This document shows, in pieces, positions 26,493 to 40,079 of a stretch of DNA of 64,000 nt. The notes under the pieces are model-generated. The model was not told where the DNA came from. It searched no databases and saw only the letters and a list, made by a program, of their open reading frames with translations. How positions within the stretch are numbered: position 1 is the first letter of the stretch; every line of letters begins with the position of its first letter. Location of the stretch: NCBI RefSeq assembly GCF_006345805.1, contig NC_043000.1:16864001-16928000 (forward strand). Direction: 5' to 3'. The translations under genes and the position numbers were made by a program. This stretch comes from Octopus sinensis. Lineage: Eukaryota.

Positions 26493-28071
26493 TATATAAT
26501 AATCATCATCATCATCATCTTACATTATATCTACCATACCATTGCACTATTATACCACTACTGTACAAGTAACTCTATGTTCAGCAGAAGCCTAGAGCTT
26601 TTCAAACTTTGCAATGGAATTCCAGTATATAAGACAAACAGCTCTTGGACATACCATTCAAACCATCATCATAACCCACACATAAGACTACAAACTTATC
26701 ATGGCTTAGATTCTAATATAGGATTATCTATTTGTCTTTACATCCATTTTTTCATGCCAGCATGGGTAAGATAATATATTATTGAGGGGTTTGTTTTACA
26801 GCTGGATGCCCTTCTTGTCACTAACCCTTCCTTGTTTTTCAATGGTAATTTTATACCACATCATTTGAAGGCAAAAAGCCAGTGGATGACCGGTTGATAG
26901 GGGGAATAACAGCAGCACCACCACCTGTAGCTGAGTCTTCTACATGTAAAATGAAACATGTGTAATGGTAATAAATAATACCAAAATTTTTTCCAATCTC
27001 CTGTATTGATACAAAAATTCTAAATATAAGGGAAACTGAAAAGACCGTGCCTTCTCCAAGGGGACAATAAAAAGCATTTACGTGGTTGCTGAACTTGCAA
27101 GAAACAGTAGCAAAATTTCCTCCAAATAACACCCTACTATCTTAACCCTTTAGCATTTAAACCAGCCATATCCGGCCCAAATATTCCACCCGTTTTATGT
27201 TCAGACCAGCCAGATCTGACTTCTCACATGTACCCTAAAATGTCATTCTAAAAACAATCAATCACATCATTGAAATCTCGAAGCTATGAGATAAGCCATG
27301 ATTAAATCAAAACAATGTGAATAAATAAGCATTATTTTGATAGAATAATCTGAATACTAAAGGGTTAAATATGGATTGGGTATGTTAAATAATGTAATAA
27401 GTCAGGATACATGTTCTCATGATTGGTGGGGTGAATAGGGACTAGACAACAGCAGCAATAATGCAATATTGTCAATTGAGGGCAGGGAGGTTGAACAAAG
27501 GGGAATGATAGGGAGAAAACACCCATAAAAATTACATGTCTGTTATGTGATCAACTCACTAGAATCCTCACTATCTCTACTCTACTTGCCATTCCTCAGA
27601 TTCCAATATTAACTAAATATATGGCAAAATCTGGAACCCAAGGAAGCTAGTAACTACCTTGAAACCAAAAATGACAACACTTTCTCTCTTAACAAAAGCC
27701 CCTAAGTGTTAGATTCTTCACTCCTCATGGCAAATGAATATATCAAAAAAATTTCTAGGAAATCTAGTATCTAAATATATTTCTTTTGAACTGAAGAAGA
27801 GTAAGTATCTGTTAAGCCCTAGCTCCTAAAATATGTGCGTGTTCTATGAAAGGGAGCTCCAACATTTCAAGTAGAACATGAATGGTTTCTTTGAAGTCTA
27901 GGGTTTTCATTTCTTATTTTAGTTTTGCAATGTCTAACAACAAAGCACAATAAGTGGGAGGGGGGGGAGAAAAAGAATAGGTTGTTCAGTGTTGGATCAC
28001 TTGATAAGTCTGCTCAATCAGGGTTGGCCTGAGGTTAAGCAACAACAAAATACAATGACAAACATCAAACT

Positions 28072-28300
28072 TTAACCCTTTCAATACCAATCCGGCTGAA
28101 ACCAGCTCTGGCTCTGAGTACAAATGTCTTGTTTTCAAATGTTTTGAATTAAAATCTTCCACCAAACCTTAGTCACAATTTATGTTCCTAACACTAGCTT
28201 AATGGTAACTAAGTTATTTTACTAAATTCTTTGTTATATTTAAAATAAATTGAAAGAAACACAGAGCATCTCAAAATAAATACAGTAACGAAGGGGTTGA
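28072..28300. mobile_element. Second TTAA-type MITE family (degenerate copy at ~50482-50700)
   Basis: ttaaccctttc..tacc / gtaacgaaggggttga termini. Confidence 0.6.
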
Positions 28301-28967
28301 GAGTTACAGGTATTAAACTTTTCTCTAAATCTATGTTAGTAATACGGTTGATTCAAGAGGGATCAGAAAGCATGAATATATAAGTAAGCCAGAGAAAAAC
28401 TACACAAAAAAAGGTTTTTTCAATTAACACTATTTTTTAAAACAATAAATTAACTTTTTTTAACACATTAAAAAGATATTTTTTTTGTCTAGAAAGAATT
28501 ATTTTTAAAGCCATATATCCTTCAACTACTCAACTGCAAGTTAAGACAAAAAAAAAAGAAAGAAAAAAGAAGAAAACTCAATCAGGTAAAACTGGAATAA
28601 GCAGAGTCAGATGTCATGCTGATCTGCATAGCACAATGACAGCAGTAAGAACCTAATTTGCATTTTGATGAATAGTTCTGGGTGGTAAATCTAATCTACT
28701 TCCTGTCTAGTCCACTGCAAGACAATTTCAGAGTAAATGCAGGTTATGGATAGATTTATTTATTAAGCAATGCTGGCTGAAGTTGCTGGAACATAACATG
28801 CAATTGTATGTATATATGTGTGTGTCTATGTAGTTGTAGTTGCTATTGACTACAGGACAGAGAAATGCAGTCAATTTTTTACAACTGAGGTGTATTTTGA
28901 AAATTGTGAGAGTGTGAGAGAGAGTGAGTATATATATATATATATAAAACTTAACATTTGTACTTTA

Positions 28968-29094
28968 TAATCTCTGATGAAGCCTAGAGATATTTACAAG
29001 TACCTCATGTTCATCTACCTATTACCTCAATCCACTTGAGTAATAAAGGTAGAATGAGGCATTTTTATCTATTGGCTGAAACAGCTGTAAGTTA
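28968..29094 (+). ncRNA. Hammerhead ribozyme motif (Penelope-type) with extended stem II
   Basis: CTGATGA (28974-28980), AGCC...GGCT stem with nested pairings, GAAAC-AGCT-GTA (palindromic stem III, GUA site); element lies between (TA)n tracts at ~28929 and ~29310. Confidence 0.6.
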
Positions 29095-29927
29095 TTTTAC
29101 CAATTTATATTCATGTTTCTTATAATAATTACTGGTATCCTTATATATTACTATATTTTATATCTTATATGTAAAGAATAATATGTTATATGTATGTATG
29201 TTATTGTAATTATCAGTTTAGTAAATAAATAAGTTAACACAATTTAAAGTCTAAAAGTTTATGAACCACCTATTGTTCTCCTCCATTTTCTTATTTGCTA
29301 TATATATATATGTAAAAGCAAAGTAGCTAGTTGTAAAATATCAAGAAGAGATGAAAGTAATAACTATACTACATCCATCTATATACATGTGCATTAATAC
29401 ATGAACCAATGAGAGAACATCTGCATAGTCAACGAACTTGCTAGAAATAGCAGCTAAATGTCTCTTAATCCAGAAGCTAGTCTTAAACAATGTAGTCCAA
29501 GATAAACAAGACAAATGGGCACTACTTGAATGTGACTAACCATGTCTGTTCAATCATATTAATATACACCTGCACACACTATGTATACAAGTATACATAT
29601 AAACACGTATGTATATATACACAAACATTCACTGCATATATGCATATACTTGAAAAACTCAATATACAGACACATATATATATATATATATATACACACA
29701 CAGAGACACTATCATCAACAGCTAGTTTTACAGCTGCAACAGGCAATAGTACCATTACTGCTGCACCATCTAGATGCAACTAGCAGAGAGTAGTTGCAAC
29801 CTCAGCAGCTGTTGCAGTAGGAACAGCTGGCAGTGCAGCATAGCAAGTGCTACTATAGTATTAGTCACAAGTATCAGCTGATTGAGACAGAGAAGCTAGG
29901 AAATGATTAGAAAATGAAAGTACTCAC

Positions 29928-30029
29928 TGAATTACTGGTATTGATATCGGTGCTACCTTTCAGGTATTCCAACACTTCTGACAAATTCCCATCCCGCGCT
30001 GCCCGCAAAAAGCTTGAGTTGCCGTCACT
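29928..30029 (-). CDS. ANK2: Ankyrin coding exon, ANK repeat 1: [34 protein letters not shown]
   Basis: ttctcttgcag|AGTGAC...AATTCA|gtgagta; 102 nt, phase 0-0. Matches the conserved SFLRAAR.GNL..V.EYLK...DINT.N exon and splices in frame to 3544-3642 across a ~26.3 kb intron. Confidence 0.96.
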
Positions 30030-31883
30030 CTGCAAGAGAAGAATAAAATATAAGATGAAACAACGGTTGGTTTAAATCACAACAGTAAAGACTTTCATTA
30101 ATAATAATAATAATAATAATAATGGTGTCAAATTTTGCCACAAGGGCAGCAATTTTTGGGGAGGGGATGAATTGATTACATTAACACCAGTGTTCAACTG
30201 GTATTTATTTTATTGATGCCAAAAGGATGAAAGCCAAAGTTGACCTTGGTGGAATTTGAACTTAGAGTGTAGCAACAGGTGAAATACTGGTAAGCATTTT
30301 GTCCAGTGTGCTAATGACCCTGCCAGCTAACCACCTATCATAATAATAATAATAATAATGGTTTCAAATTTTGGAACAAGGCCAGCAGGTCCAAGGGGAA
30401 GCCCAGAAAGATGAAAAGCAAAGTCTACCTCAGTGAAATTTGAACTCAGAATATAAAGATGGGCAAAATGCTGCTTAGCAGCATTTTGCCCAGCAATTTT
30501 AGGGGCAAGGGGTATGTTGACATCATTGAACCCACCCCAGTGATTCAATGGTACTTATTGACCTCAAAGGATGAAAGGCAAATCGACCCCGGTGGAATTT
30601 GAACTCAGAATATAAGCAGAAGATTATAACTCTTTGGGAAGGTAAGAGTCAAAAGTCATACCAGTCCTGGTTCCCACCCCTAAACCATACCCAGTACTTG
30701 ACTGATGCCAATTTTTATCTTCCCTCCTCCCATAGGATGAAAAGTAAAGATAATCTAGATAGGGTATGAATGCAGCAGTAACTTAAGGCAATAAAACTAG
30801 ATATTGCAAGCAATTTTGCCCAACACACTGATTATTCTACCATATATTTATTCTTAATTATCCCTATAGGTACCATATGGAAAACAAGCATTTAACATTA
30901 AAACACAATATGGGATTTAGAATAGAGAGTACAATATAAAACAAACATTTACCATGTATGTTATATATGTGTATGCATGTGTGTATTTAGTAAATATGTG
31001 TGAACAAGGAAAATAAAAGAGTTCTCAATATGCAACCTTTTCCTTGTAAAATTTAATATGTACTCAACTAAGAAGTATGAGGGATCATTCAATTTAATGT
31101 TAAATTTTTGTTTTCATATAAAACCTGCATAAAAACAATTATTAATACATAAATACACACATACATAGGGTATCTAGTTGTAGAAAATCTGCTTGAACAA
31201 AGTATGAAAATATGGAAAGTGGACGTTACATAAATGATAATTATACACACACACACACACACACACACATGCGTGCGTGCACACACACACACACACACAC
31301 AAGCACAGATAAAGCAAGAATTCCTAAAATGTACATGGACACAAATTTGCTAGGGAGAAATATATTTTGAGGGTGAGGATTACTTGTGGTTGAGATACTT
31401 ATTAACATTGATACAGAATGGATGAAAGGCAAGGTAGACCTCAGCAAAATTTGAACTCACAACATAAGGGGATCTGACTAATTCACTGCAAAGTGTCGTT
31501 TAACATGACTGAGTCAGTCATCCAGAAGATCAGAATTAATCAGATGAAAATGAGTAATTGACATAGCAGAACTTACAGCTGGTATACATACATATATACA
31601 TACATTATCCAATAATGCGCACTAGGATTGTTACAATACCTGGTCATCCTCAGATGCAGTCAAACTGTACTTGAAGACCCAGTGATCTTATTTTGTACTG
31701 AGCACTACATATGAAAGTAATCAACATACATACACATACATGGAGAAAGAGAGAGAGCTTATTCATATATGTATTTTAACTTAGATTTTGGACACATTTG
31801 AATCTCATACTATCACTTTATATATCAGAGCTTGAAACTCCTGTAGCAATCCATAAATAAATAATGATAATGAAGGTGTGTGC

Positions 31884-31925
<42 letters not shown>

Positions 31926-32479
31926 AAAGTTTACGAAAAAAACAAAAGACGAAGACAGGTGGTGTACAAAACAAACAGATGTATTAGTATAACGCTCAGA
32001 AATAGCAAAAAGTCTTGGACACAGGCGTTGTCCGTGTAGTTAAGATCACTTTGCATTCACAAGATTCTACCATAGCTGTAGGTGGACAGATAGACTAACA
32101 ACTTGCAAATGGAATTTGACAGATGGGGACTAAGCAGAAGCCAATTATATACATGTACACACACACACAGACACACCTTGTGTCAAAAAAGATAACTCAA
32201 CTATTCCATAAATATAGATCAATAAAATAGATATTGGAATGAAATATATACAGGGGTTGATATGACTGACTAAAACCCTTGAAAGTGGAGCTAGTGGTGC
32301 TCCAGCATGACTATAGTCCTAGGACTGAAATGCAAATAAATATATGCATACATATATGTGGCTAAAATCTATTTTGGTTAATCGCATTGCTGGAAATATA
32401 TAAAAAAAAGGCATGGTGACTCAACCAATTATAAATTATATGAGGGGTGTGTGAGTGTATGTGTGTATGTATGTATATA

Positions 32480-32528
<49 letters not shown>

Positions 32529-32652
32529 TATATATATATATATATATAATTATCAATAATAAAGGGTGAAATTAATTAATTTAGAAATAATCATTAATTT
32601 CACCAAGTAGAGTTCGGCATGTAAAAGCCCCATTCAAGGAAGGTTTAAGTAA

Positions 32653-32867
32653 TACTAAGTAATTAAGGGTTTAGCAACAATTTGCCTCACCACACACCGA
32701 ATTTAGAAATAGCAGTCAAAAAGTTTTGGCTATTCTTTCTACTTAAAAGGGAGATCCCAGTAAAACCAAAGCACTTTTAAGTAGAAAGAATAGCCAAAAC
32801 TTTTTGACTGCTATTTCTAAATTCGGTGTGTGGTGAGGCAAATCGTTGCTATACCCTTAATTACTTA

Positions 32868-32870
<3 letters not shown>
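32653..32870. repeat. Long near-perfect inverted repeat (97-bp arms, 24-bp spacer) between (TA)n tracts
   Basis: 32653-32749 is the reverse complement of 32774-32870, with two mismatches seen. Confidence 0.9.
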
Positions 32871-32916
<46 letters not shown>

Positions 32917-33083
32917 AAAATCCTGAAGCAATGAAATTATTTCAATGAAAAGAAATCAAACAGAAATATAGTAGGTTAAATGAAAATCGAACCCTTCTTC
33001 ATTATAAGCCACCCCAGCTAATACCATCTTCACCCAAGGAGTTACTCCGGGTAGAAAAGTAGAGAAAATGATGGGTAAGTTAC

Positions 33084-33098
33084 CACAAATTTCAACAT
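33084..33098 (-). CDS. Candidate alternative first coding exon of ankyrin (MLKFV)
   Basis: gcaacATG TTG AAA TTT GTG|gtaact; A at -3, in-frame stop upstream, phase 0 fits the SDGN exon. Lies in a unique island preceded by a long (CT)n tract on the minus strand. Confidence 0.55.
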
Positions 33099-33489
33099 GT
33101 TGCAGGTGTTGCCGCTAGCATTGCCGGTCCATTAGCCATCATCTGACAGGAAACCCCTTCATTACTACAAGGAAGAGGAGACCCAATAATTCCATCGCCA
33201 CAACATCTGACTCCTTGCCTTGCTGTCACACCTACTGCAGCAGTTCTGGTTGACTGATACAACAGGCTGGCAGTCAGGATAGTGAGAGTCTGATTGGGGT
33301 GGGGTGGGGTGGGGGAGACGGAGGGTGGTGGTGGTGGTGGGTGAGGATGATGATGAATGGTTGCAAGTGACTTCACAGTGACTGACAACACGAAACTGGT
33401 ATGTCATTGATTTTGCTTGTCAATATCAACAGAGGATGAAAGAAGGGTTCCTTCAGTAGTTCTGTTCTATCAATTGAAGAGGGTGGAAG

Positions 33490-33498
33490 GGAGAGAGA

Positions 33499-33542
<44 letters not shown>

Positions 33543-33598
33543 GAGAGAGAGAAAGAGAAAGAGAGAGAAAGAAAAAGAAAGAGAAGAGAGAGAGAGAA

Positions 33599-33650
<52 letters not shown>

Positions 33651-33735
33651 AAAGAGAGAGAGAGAGAAAAAGAAAAAGAGAGAGAGAGAAAGAGAGAGGG
33701 AGAGAGAGAGAGAGGGAGAAAGAAAAAGAGAGAGG
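33490..33735. repeat. Long (GA)n-rich tract, pyrimidine on the transcribed strand; similar tracts at ~9645-9735, 23920-24150, 58930-58972, 62930-62965
   Basis: Seen directly. Confidence 0.95.
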
Positions 33736-35639
33736 GGGGGGAGGATTGGTTCAGTGAATGAACCTAACTACCCTTCTCACATACACATATGTACCCCTCC
33801 CACCGTCATCCCTACCATATGGAGAGGGTGGCAGTTGTTGTTATAGAGAAAGGGGGGGAGGCGGAAAGGAAGTTTTGTGGGGAAATGTCAACATTAGTAG
33901 CATCAGTGGTATGTTTAAATGAAAGTAATGTATGCATTGAAGAGTAAGGTGGGGAGGAAAGTACAGGAGAAGAAGGAGAGAGAGGAAAAGTGAGAAGAAG
34001 AGAGAGAGAGAGAGAGAGAGAGAAAAAGAAAAGACTAATAAAGATGGGGCACAATAATGGATGGGGATGAGAGATATCTGGAGAAATCTCCAAGTAAAGG
34101 GAGAAAGGCTTCCTTTTTATTATTGCTCAAGTGTAGTTAAAGGGCTTTTTTGTTTGTTAGTTTGTTTAAGCCATGATCATTTCATCATTTTTGCTGACTT
34201 TGTACATGCTGGTTTACATTGTCTAATGTGTTCTGCCTTTAAGACAGCAATACGATTTGAAGGAGATTTGACTACTGTTTCTAGCAGGTTCAGCAACTAC
34301 ATTAAACCTATAAAGGGTAATGGCACACTTTGGTCACAAATCACTATGGGATTGCACCTAGAAAGTTCTCCTCTGAGACGCAAGTCCGAGCAAGCTTGTT
34401 TGTGGAAGACTAGTAATCGCCCATCCATACCAGTCCCCATCTCCATGCCACTGATGTTATCCAAGGGACTAGTAAAGGCCCTTACAGCTTGGCACCAGTG
34501 ACGTTGCAACCCATTTCTACAGCTGAGTGAACTGGAGCAACATGAAATAAAGTGCCCTGTTGAAGAAAACAACACAAGCCTGGTCCAGGAATTGAACTCA
34601 CTACCTCATGATTGTGAGTCTGACATTCTAGCCACTGAGCCAGGCTGTCTTTATTCTATGTTTAATTTCTTTTTTCTCTCCCTTTTTTTTTTCTTAGAGG
34701 TTGGCATGCCCAGCTATATAACACATAGTGGCAGAGGTTTTCCGTTAGACATGTTCAGCTCTTTGGCACAGTTGAATTCTCTGATACACAATTGTACAGG
34801 GGAAGGGATTTTTTTTTCTGTGATGCATACCCAACTGTTAAAATCTTGAAGGTTTTTTGTCATGCTCAGCTCATGGCAACACAGTGATTAACTACTCAGT
34901 TTAAATTTCATTGGCCAGAACTTTTGCCAATATACTTGGAGAAGACAGAATTAACATCACAACTTCTCACTCACCCTTTCACTCAAATTCTGGTACTGGA
35001 CAACAACTCCTTGACTCTCAGTTAATCATCTTTTGATATCTTAGTCCTGCAATATCAGAATTGCAGCCTCTACTTCACCTTCTGTGAACTCCCACATAGT
35101 TACATGTTTTCATGGTATGTTTGGTAACAAATATGGCCATGTTGACATTGCATATGTCTGGAAAGGATCCAAACTTTCCCTTGACACCATACATTAACAA
35201 CAGAACTTGTTCAACAGTAGACGCTGGTGATATTGTTCAATCTTGACCTAAAAGTCTTATGATCAAAAGCATTTACTCTGTGACCATCTCAGCCTTTATT
35301 TATACAATATAACATTAACCAATGTACCCTTCTTGTTTTTTTTTTCCTTTTTTCTTTTTCCAAGATAGTAGGATGTCATCATGTTGTTATTTCTAGCAGG
35401 ACAAACAGCTGTGTAGAGGCTTGTTCATTAGCTTGAATCCAGCAGATGTAAACCTGGTAGACTCAGAGCATCCCTCATCATTTCTTATTGATAACAAAAA
35501 ATTTTTTTATCCATCAGCAGCTGTTTGGAACACAATAAGCCAAATGTTTGGCTACAGAAATTTCACATTCCATGCTGATGGGGGATGGGGGAGGGGAAAG
35601 ATTTTTCGAGAAATTAAATGGTGTATATTTATGCTTCAG

Positions 35640-35866
35640 GCGGCGAGCTGGCAGAAGCGTTAGCATGCCTGGCGAAATGCTTAGCAGTATTCCGTCTGCC
35701 GCTACGTTCTGAGTTCAAATTCCGCCGAGGTCGACTTTGCCTTTCATCCTTTCGGGGTCGATTAAATAAGTACCAGTTACGCACTGGGGTCGATATAATA
35801 GACTTAATCCGTTTGTCTGTCCTTTGTCCTCTCTGTGTTTAGCCCCTTGTGGGTAGTAAAGAAATA
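35640..35866 (+). mobile_element. SINE family B, young copy with a 20-bp TSD; minus-strand copy at 25080-25310 and many old copies
   Basis: ggcggcgagctggcagaa...gagttcaaattcc...gtcgactttgcctttcatcctttcggggtcgat...aaagaaata; TSD ggtgtatatttatgcttcag at 35620-35639 and 35867-35886. Confidence 0.9.
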
Positions 35867-36599
35867 GGTGTATATTTATGCTTCAGAGGAGGTACTTTGC
35901 AATATTTGTTCTGACTCTGTGTTTTGAGCATTTAAACTGATGGCAAATATTCTACCTGTTTATGTTCACTGACTCTGGCAATATTCTAATTTTGTTCAAA
36001 CTGGCCACATCTGGCCCAAATATTCTACCTGTTTTATGTTCAAACTGGCCACATCTGGCCCAAATATTCTACCTGTTTTATGTTCAAACTGGCCACATCC
36101 AGCCTCTCACACCGATCTTATGATGTCATCTAAAAATAAACAATCACACCATTGAATTCCCAAAGTTACAAGATAATGTCCGATTAATTCAAAACCATGT
36201 GATTAAATAACCATTAAATTTTTACTGAATAATTAATCTAAATGCTAAATGGTTCAATCCTTCCATGACATACCTGGATGATAGACTAAATCCATCACCC
36301 CTGTCTAATATCACCACCTGCTCCTTGGGTGCCTTTAGTGGTGTTCACTTTGCTAGCCATAGCTATCATTTGGGGATACCTTTTGCCATCCTGTAAGTCT
36401 GAGAGGCCTTCTAAAGGGTTATGAGTAATGCCCTACCCACTTGACTAAAAGATATAAAAAAAACAGTAAAAAAAAAAGGAAAAAAAGAATGATAAAAAAA
36501 TGATATTTTATTGCTTCTAATTAAGTAATTAATTCACAGGAAGAAGCAGATTTGTATGGCAAATGTGTTTAGAGAGATACATTAGAAGTATACGTAACG

Positions 36600-36984
36600 T
36601 GGAGGCGCAATGGCCCAGTGGTTAGGGCAGTGGACTCGCGGTCGTAGGATTGCGGTTTCGATTCCCAGACCGGGCATTGTGAGTGTTTATTGAGCGAAAA
36701 CACCTAAAGCTCCACGAGGCTCCGGCAGGGGCTGGTGGTGATCCCTGCTGTACTCTTTCACCACAACTTTCTCTCACTCTTACTTCCTGTTTCTGTTGTA
36801 CCTGTATTTCAAAGGGCTGGCCTTGTCACTCTCTGTGTCACGCTGAATATCCCCGAGAACTACGTTAAGGGTACACGTGTCTGTGGAGTGCTCAGCCACT
36901 TACACGTTAATTTCACGAGCAGGCTGTTCCGTTGATTCGGATCAACCGGAACCCTCGTCGTCGTAACCGACGGAGTGCTTCCAC
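36600..36984 (+). mobile_element. tRNA-derived SINE family D; minus copy at 3981-4366, related head with a different tail at 14206-14507
   Basis: ggaggcgcaatggcccagtggttagggcagtggactcgcgg...tcgattccc head; the 3981 copy is flanked by ctaactata and the 14206 copy by aaaagtacca direct repeats. Confidence 0.85.
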
Positions 36985-38335
36985 ACACACATAACCATCA
37001 CATGAAGTGTAATGACTCTATTCTGAATTAGAATTCCATTTGCTGTTAAATCTCAAGCTTCCATCTCTCTTCATCAAAATACAAGCAAACCAATACTCTT
37101 AAAACATTTAGAGTTGTGATAGTTAACAGCTGATCATGGTAGGTCATTGTATACAATCATCATCATCATCACAATCCTCATAATTTAAATGTCTACTTGT
37201 CCTGGGTTGAAAAAGTTTATCAAGGCAGATTTTCTAGAGTTGTATTTACTTCCCCATAACTTGGCAGTTCCTATTACAAACCGTTACTGGTTTGCCAAAC
37301 ATATTGCCGAAGCCAGTGCCGCCTCGACTGGCTTCCGTGCAGGTGGCACGTAAAATGCACCAATACGACCGTGGCCGATGCCAGCCTCGCCTGGCCCCTG
37401 TGCAGGTGGCACGTAAAAAGCACCCACTACACTCACGGAGTGGTTGGCGTTAGGAAGGGCATCCAGCTGTAGAAACATTGCCAGATCAGACTGGGCCTGG
37501 TGCAGCCTTCTGGCTTCCCAGATCCCCGGTCGAACTGTCCAACCCATGCCAGCATGGAAAGCGGACGTTAAACGATGATGATTTCCCAATGACCAGACAT
37601 GTTTTTGTGGAATATTGGAAATGAGTGACACTGCTTGTATGACAGTGACACTTATTTACAACTATCATGCAATGTCAAGACAAGAAGACACAAATATACA
37701 TATTCACATGACAGGTTTCTTTCAGTTTCCATCTGCCAAATCCATTCATAAGGTTTTGGTCGACCCAAGGTTATAGTATAAGACACTTACCCAAGGGACT
37801 GAACATGAAACCATGTAGCTGGGATGCAAACTTCTTAACCACACAACCACACCTGTCCTATATAGTGCATGTGTGTGTGTATATATATATCTGTGTGTGT
37901 GTGTGTGTGTAAAGAGAGAGGGGGGAGGATAGAGAAAATACTGTCAACTATCTGGTAATATTATCATCAGCTCCATCATACCACTAAAGACTAGGTCTTT
38001 GGATTTATTTGAGCCAAATTCCTGGCACCAATACCTTAACCCCTCTTTAGTTGTAATTAGCTCCAGGGTATGTTAATACATACCTGACACCCCTAGCTAA
38101 TTGATCTTTGCTAGGAGTTATTTTTCAGTATGTGATCCCAAAATAATCTTAATTTAGGGAGGTATAAGCTTTTCAGTAATACTAATACTAATAATGAAAG
38201 GAAAAAAAAAAACAATCCCCTAACCAAGATCTATACCATGGTCTATTTAGCACTGACAAAAGCACAAAAGTTTCTGCCAGTGGTTTGCCTGCCGCAATGA
38301 AGAAAAAGTTACTGCCACAAAGAGATTATACATAC

Positions 38336-38358
38336 ATTGTCCTGGCTCACACCAAATC
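38336..38358 (-). CDS. Candidate 23-nt microexon (phase 1-0: R/G-FGVSQDN)
   Basis: gctgctggttgcactgtgtttgtaactgaacacag|GATTTGGTGTGAGCCAGGACAAT|gtatgt; UGC motifs upstream; converts phase-1 upstream exons to the ankyrin frame. Confidence 0.4.
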
Positions 38359-39875
38359 CTGTGTTCAGTTACAAACACAGTGCAACCAGCAGCCAGGTGT
38401 ACCTGAATACTGTACTTGGTGTAACCAGGACTGCCCCCCCCCCCCACTACACCATACACATTCTCCATCAGAAAGTTTTCAATTAAGCCACTGAACAAAC
38501 ATGATGAGATTGAGTGTAATGATAGCAACAATAATATTTCAGATACAGATTAGACACACACACACTGTTCACAGAAAATAGTTTCCTGTCAGGCTAAGAG
38601 AGACTGGCATTTGATCAAGAATGTCTTTTATAGCAAATTAATACTATCTACAGTTTAATGTGTAACAAATCTAGTGTGAGCGTGTGTGTGTGTATACACA
38701 CCTGTCCAATAGTGTATACAAGCACTCACTCCTACCTATATCCACACTGAAACACATACAGACATCCACACATGTATAGGCAAAAGATTACTAGATCTCC
38801 CTCTGACAACAGGACTAAATGGTGGTGGTGGTGACAGTAGATGGTATGAATGACTGTGGAGGTCATAATAGTAGTGGTGGTCATAGTCATGAAAGGTCAT
38901 AGTAATGGTAGTATTATTTGTAGAGGTCACACGAAGGGCTTTTGTAGAGGTCGTAGCAGTGGTTGTAGTAGTGAAGGTCACATTAGTAGAGATGTATACA
39001 AAATGAAATACCGAGCAGACGAACAACTTTGATTGCTAATCAAAGTTTTTGTATAGCAACAACTGTAGCAACACCTTGTCATCGACTATCAGCAATAGCA
39101 ACAGCAACATTTGCAGCAAACTGCTGCATCATTTGGTTGCTACGACATCGTCACCGTTAGCAACAGCAACAATTACACTTATAGTATTAGCAACAACTGC
39201 AGCACCACCTTGTTGCTAACTTGCTATTGATAACACTTCACTTCATCATCATCATCAGCAACACTATCAGTGGCAATAGTAACATTGGTTTCAAATTTTG
39301 GCACAAGGCCAGCAATTTTGTGGAAGTGGTGGTAGCAGTTGTGGGGGTGTTAAGTTGGTTACCTTGACCCCAGTGTTCAACTGGTACTTATTTTATTCAT
39401 CCTGAAAGGATGAAAGGCAAAGTTGACCGTGACAAAATTTGAACCAAGAACGTGAAGATGGATGAAATGCCTATTTCTTTACTACCCACAAGGGGCTAAA
39501 CACAGAGAGAACAAACGGATTAAGTTGATTATATCGACCCCCAGTGTGTAACTGGTACTTATTTAATCGATCCTGAAAGGATGAAAGGCAAAGTCAACCT
39601 CGGCGGAATTTGAACTCAGAACGTAGCAGCAGACGAAATGCCTCTAAGCATTTTGCCTGGCATGCTAACGCTTCTGCCAGCTTAGTGACATTTGTAATAT
39701 TAGCAACAAATGCAACACCACCTTGTTGCTAACAAACTACTTCCAACAACAACAACAACAATCGTAACACCACCTTGTTGCTAACAACCCTAGGTAATCT
39801 ACCTTTCTATAACATCTAGCCTCCCCAATCCCCAGCAATCAGCAGCGGCACTCTACTCTAACTCCCATTGCCTAC

Positions 39876-39902
39876 CTTATATGCATTGGCCCTAACGAAC
39901 TC
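39876..39902 (-). CDS. Candidate 27-nt microexon (EFVRANAYK), phase 0-0
   Basis: cccctctctgccttttcccctaattag|GAGTTCGTTAGGGCCAATGCATATAAG|gtaggc; long pyrimidine tract with a UGC motif; in frame with the SDGN exon. Confidence 0.5.
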
Positions 39903-40079
39903 CTAATTAGGGGAAAAGGCAGAGAGGGGACTAGAGCGGTAGGATAATAGATTAAATCTGGAATAGCAAACAAAGAGGGGAGGAGGATGGTTGGCATGTG
40001 CCGAAGAGAGAGAGAGGAGAAAGAATATGAGGAGAATATGGGGTCTACACACGGGTAAAACAGTTGGTGATGTTTGTGA

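Noticed and set aside
33417-33761. 114-aa RE-rich ORF and other low-complexity ORFs (IY, CV, H/T-rich)
   Set aside because: Read-through of (GA)n, (TA)n, (TG)n and (CAC)n microsatellites.
36600-36672. tRNA-like sequences here and at 14206, 44491 and the family A heads
   Set aside because: They continue directly into SINE bodies and lack a complete cloverleaf acceptor stem; SINE heads, not tRNA genes.
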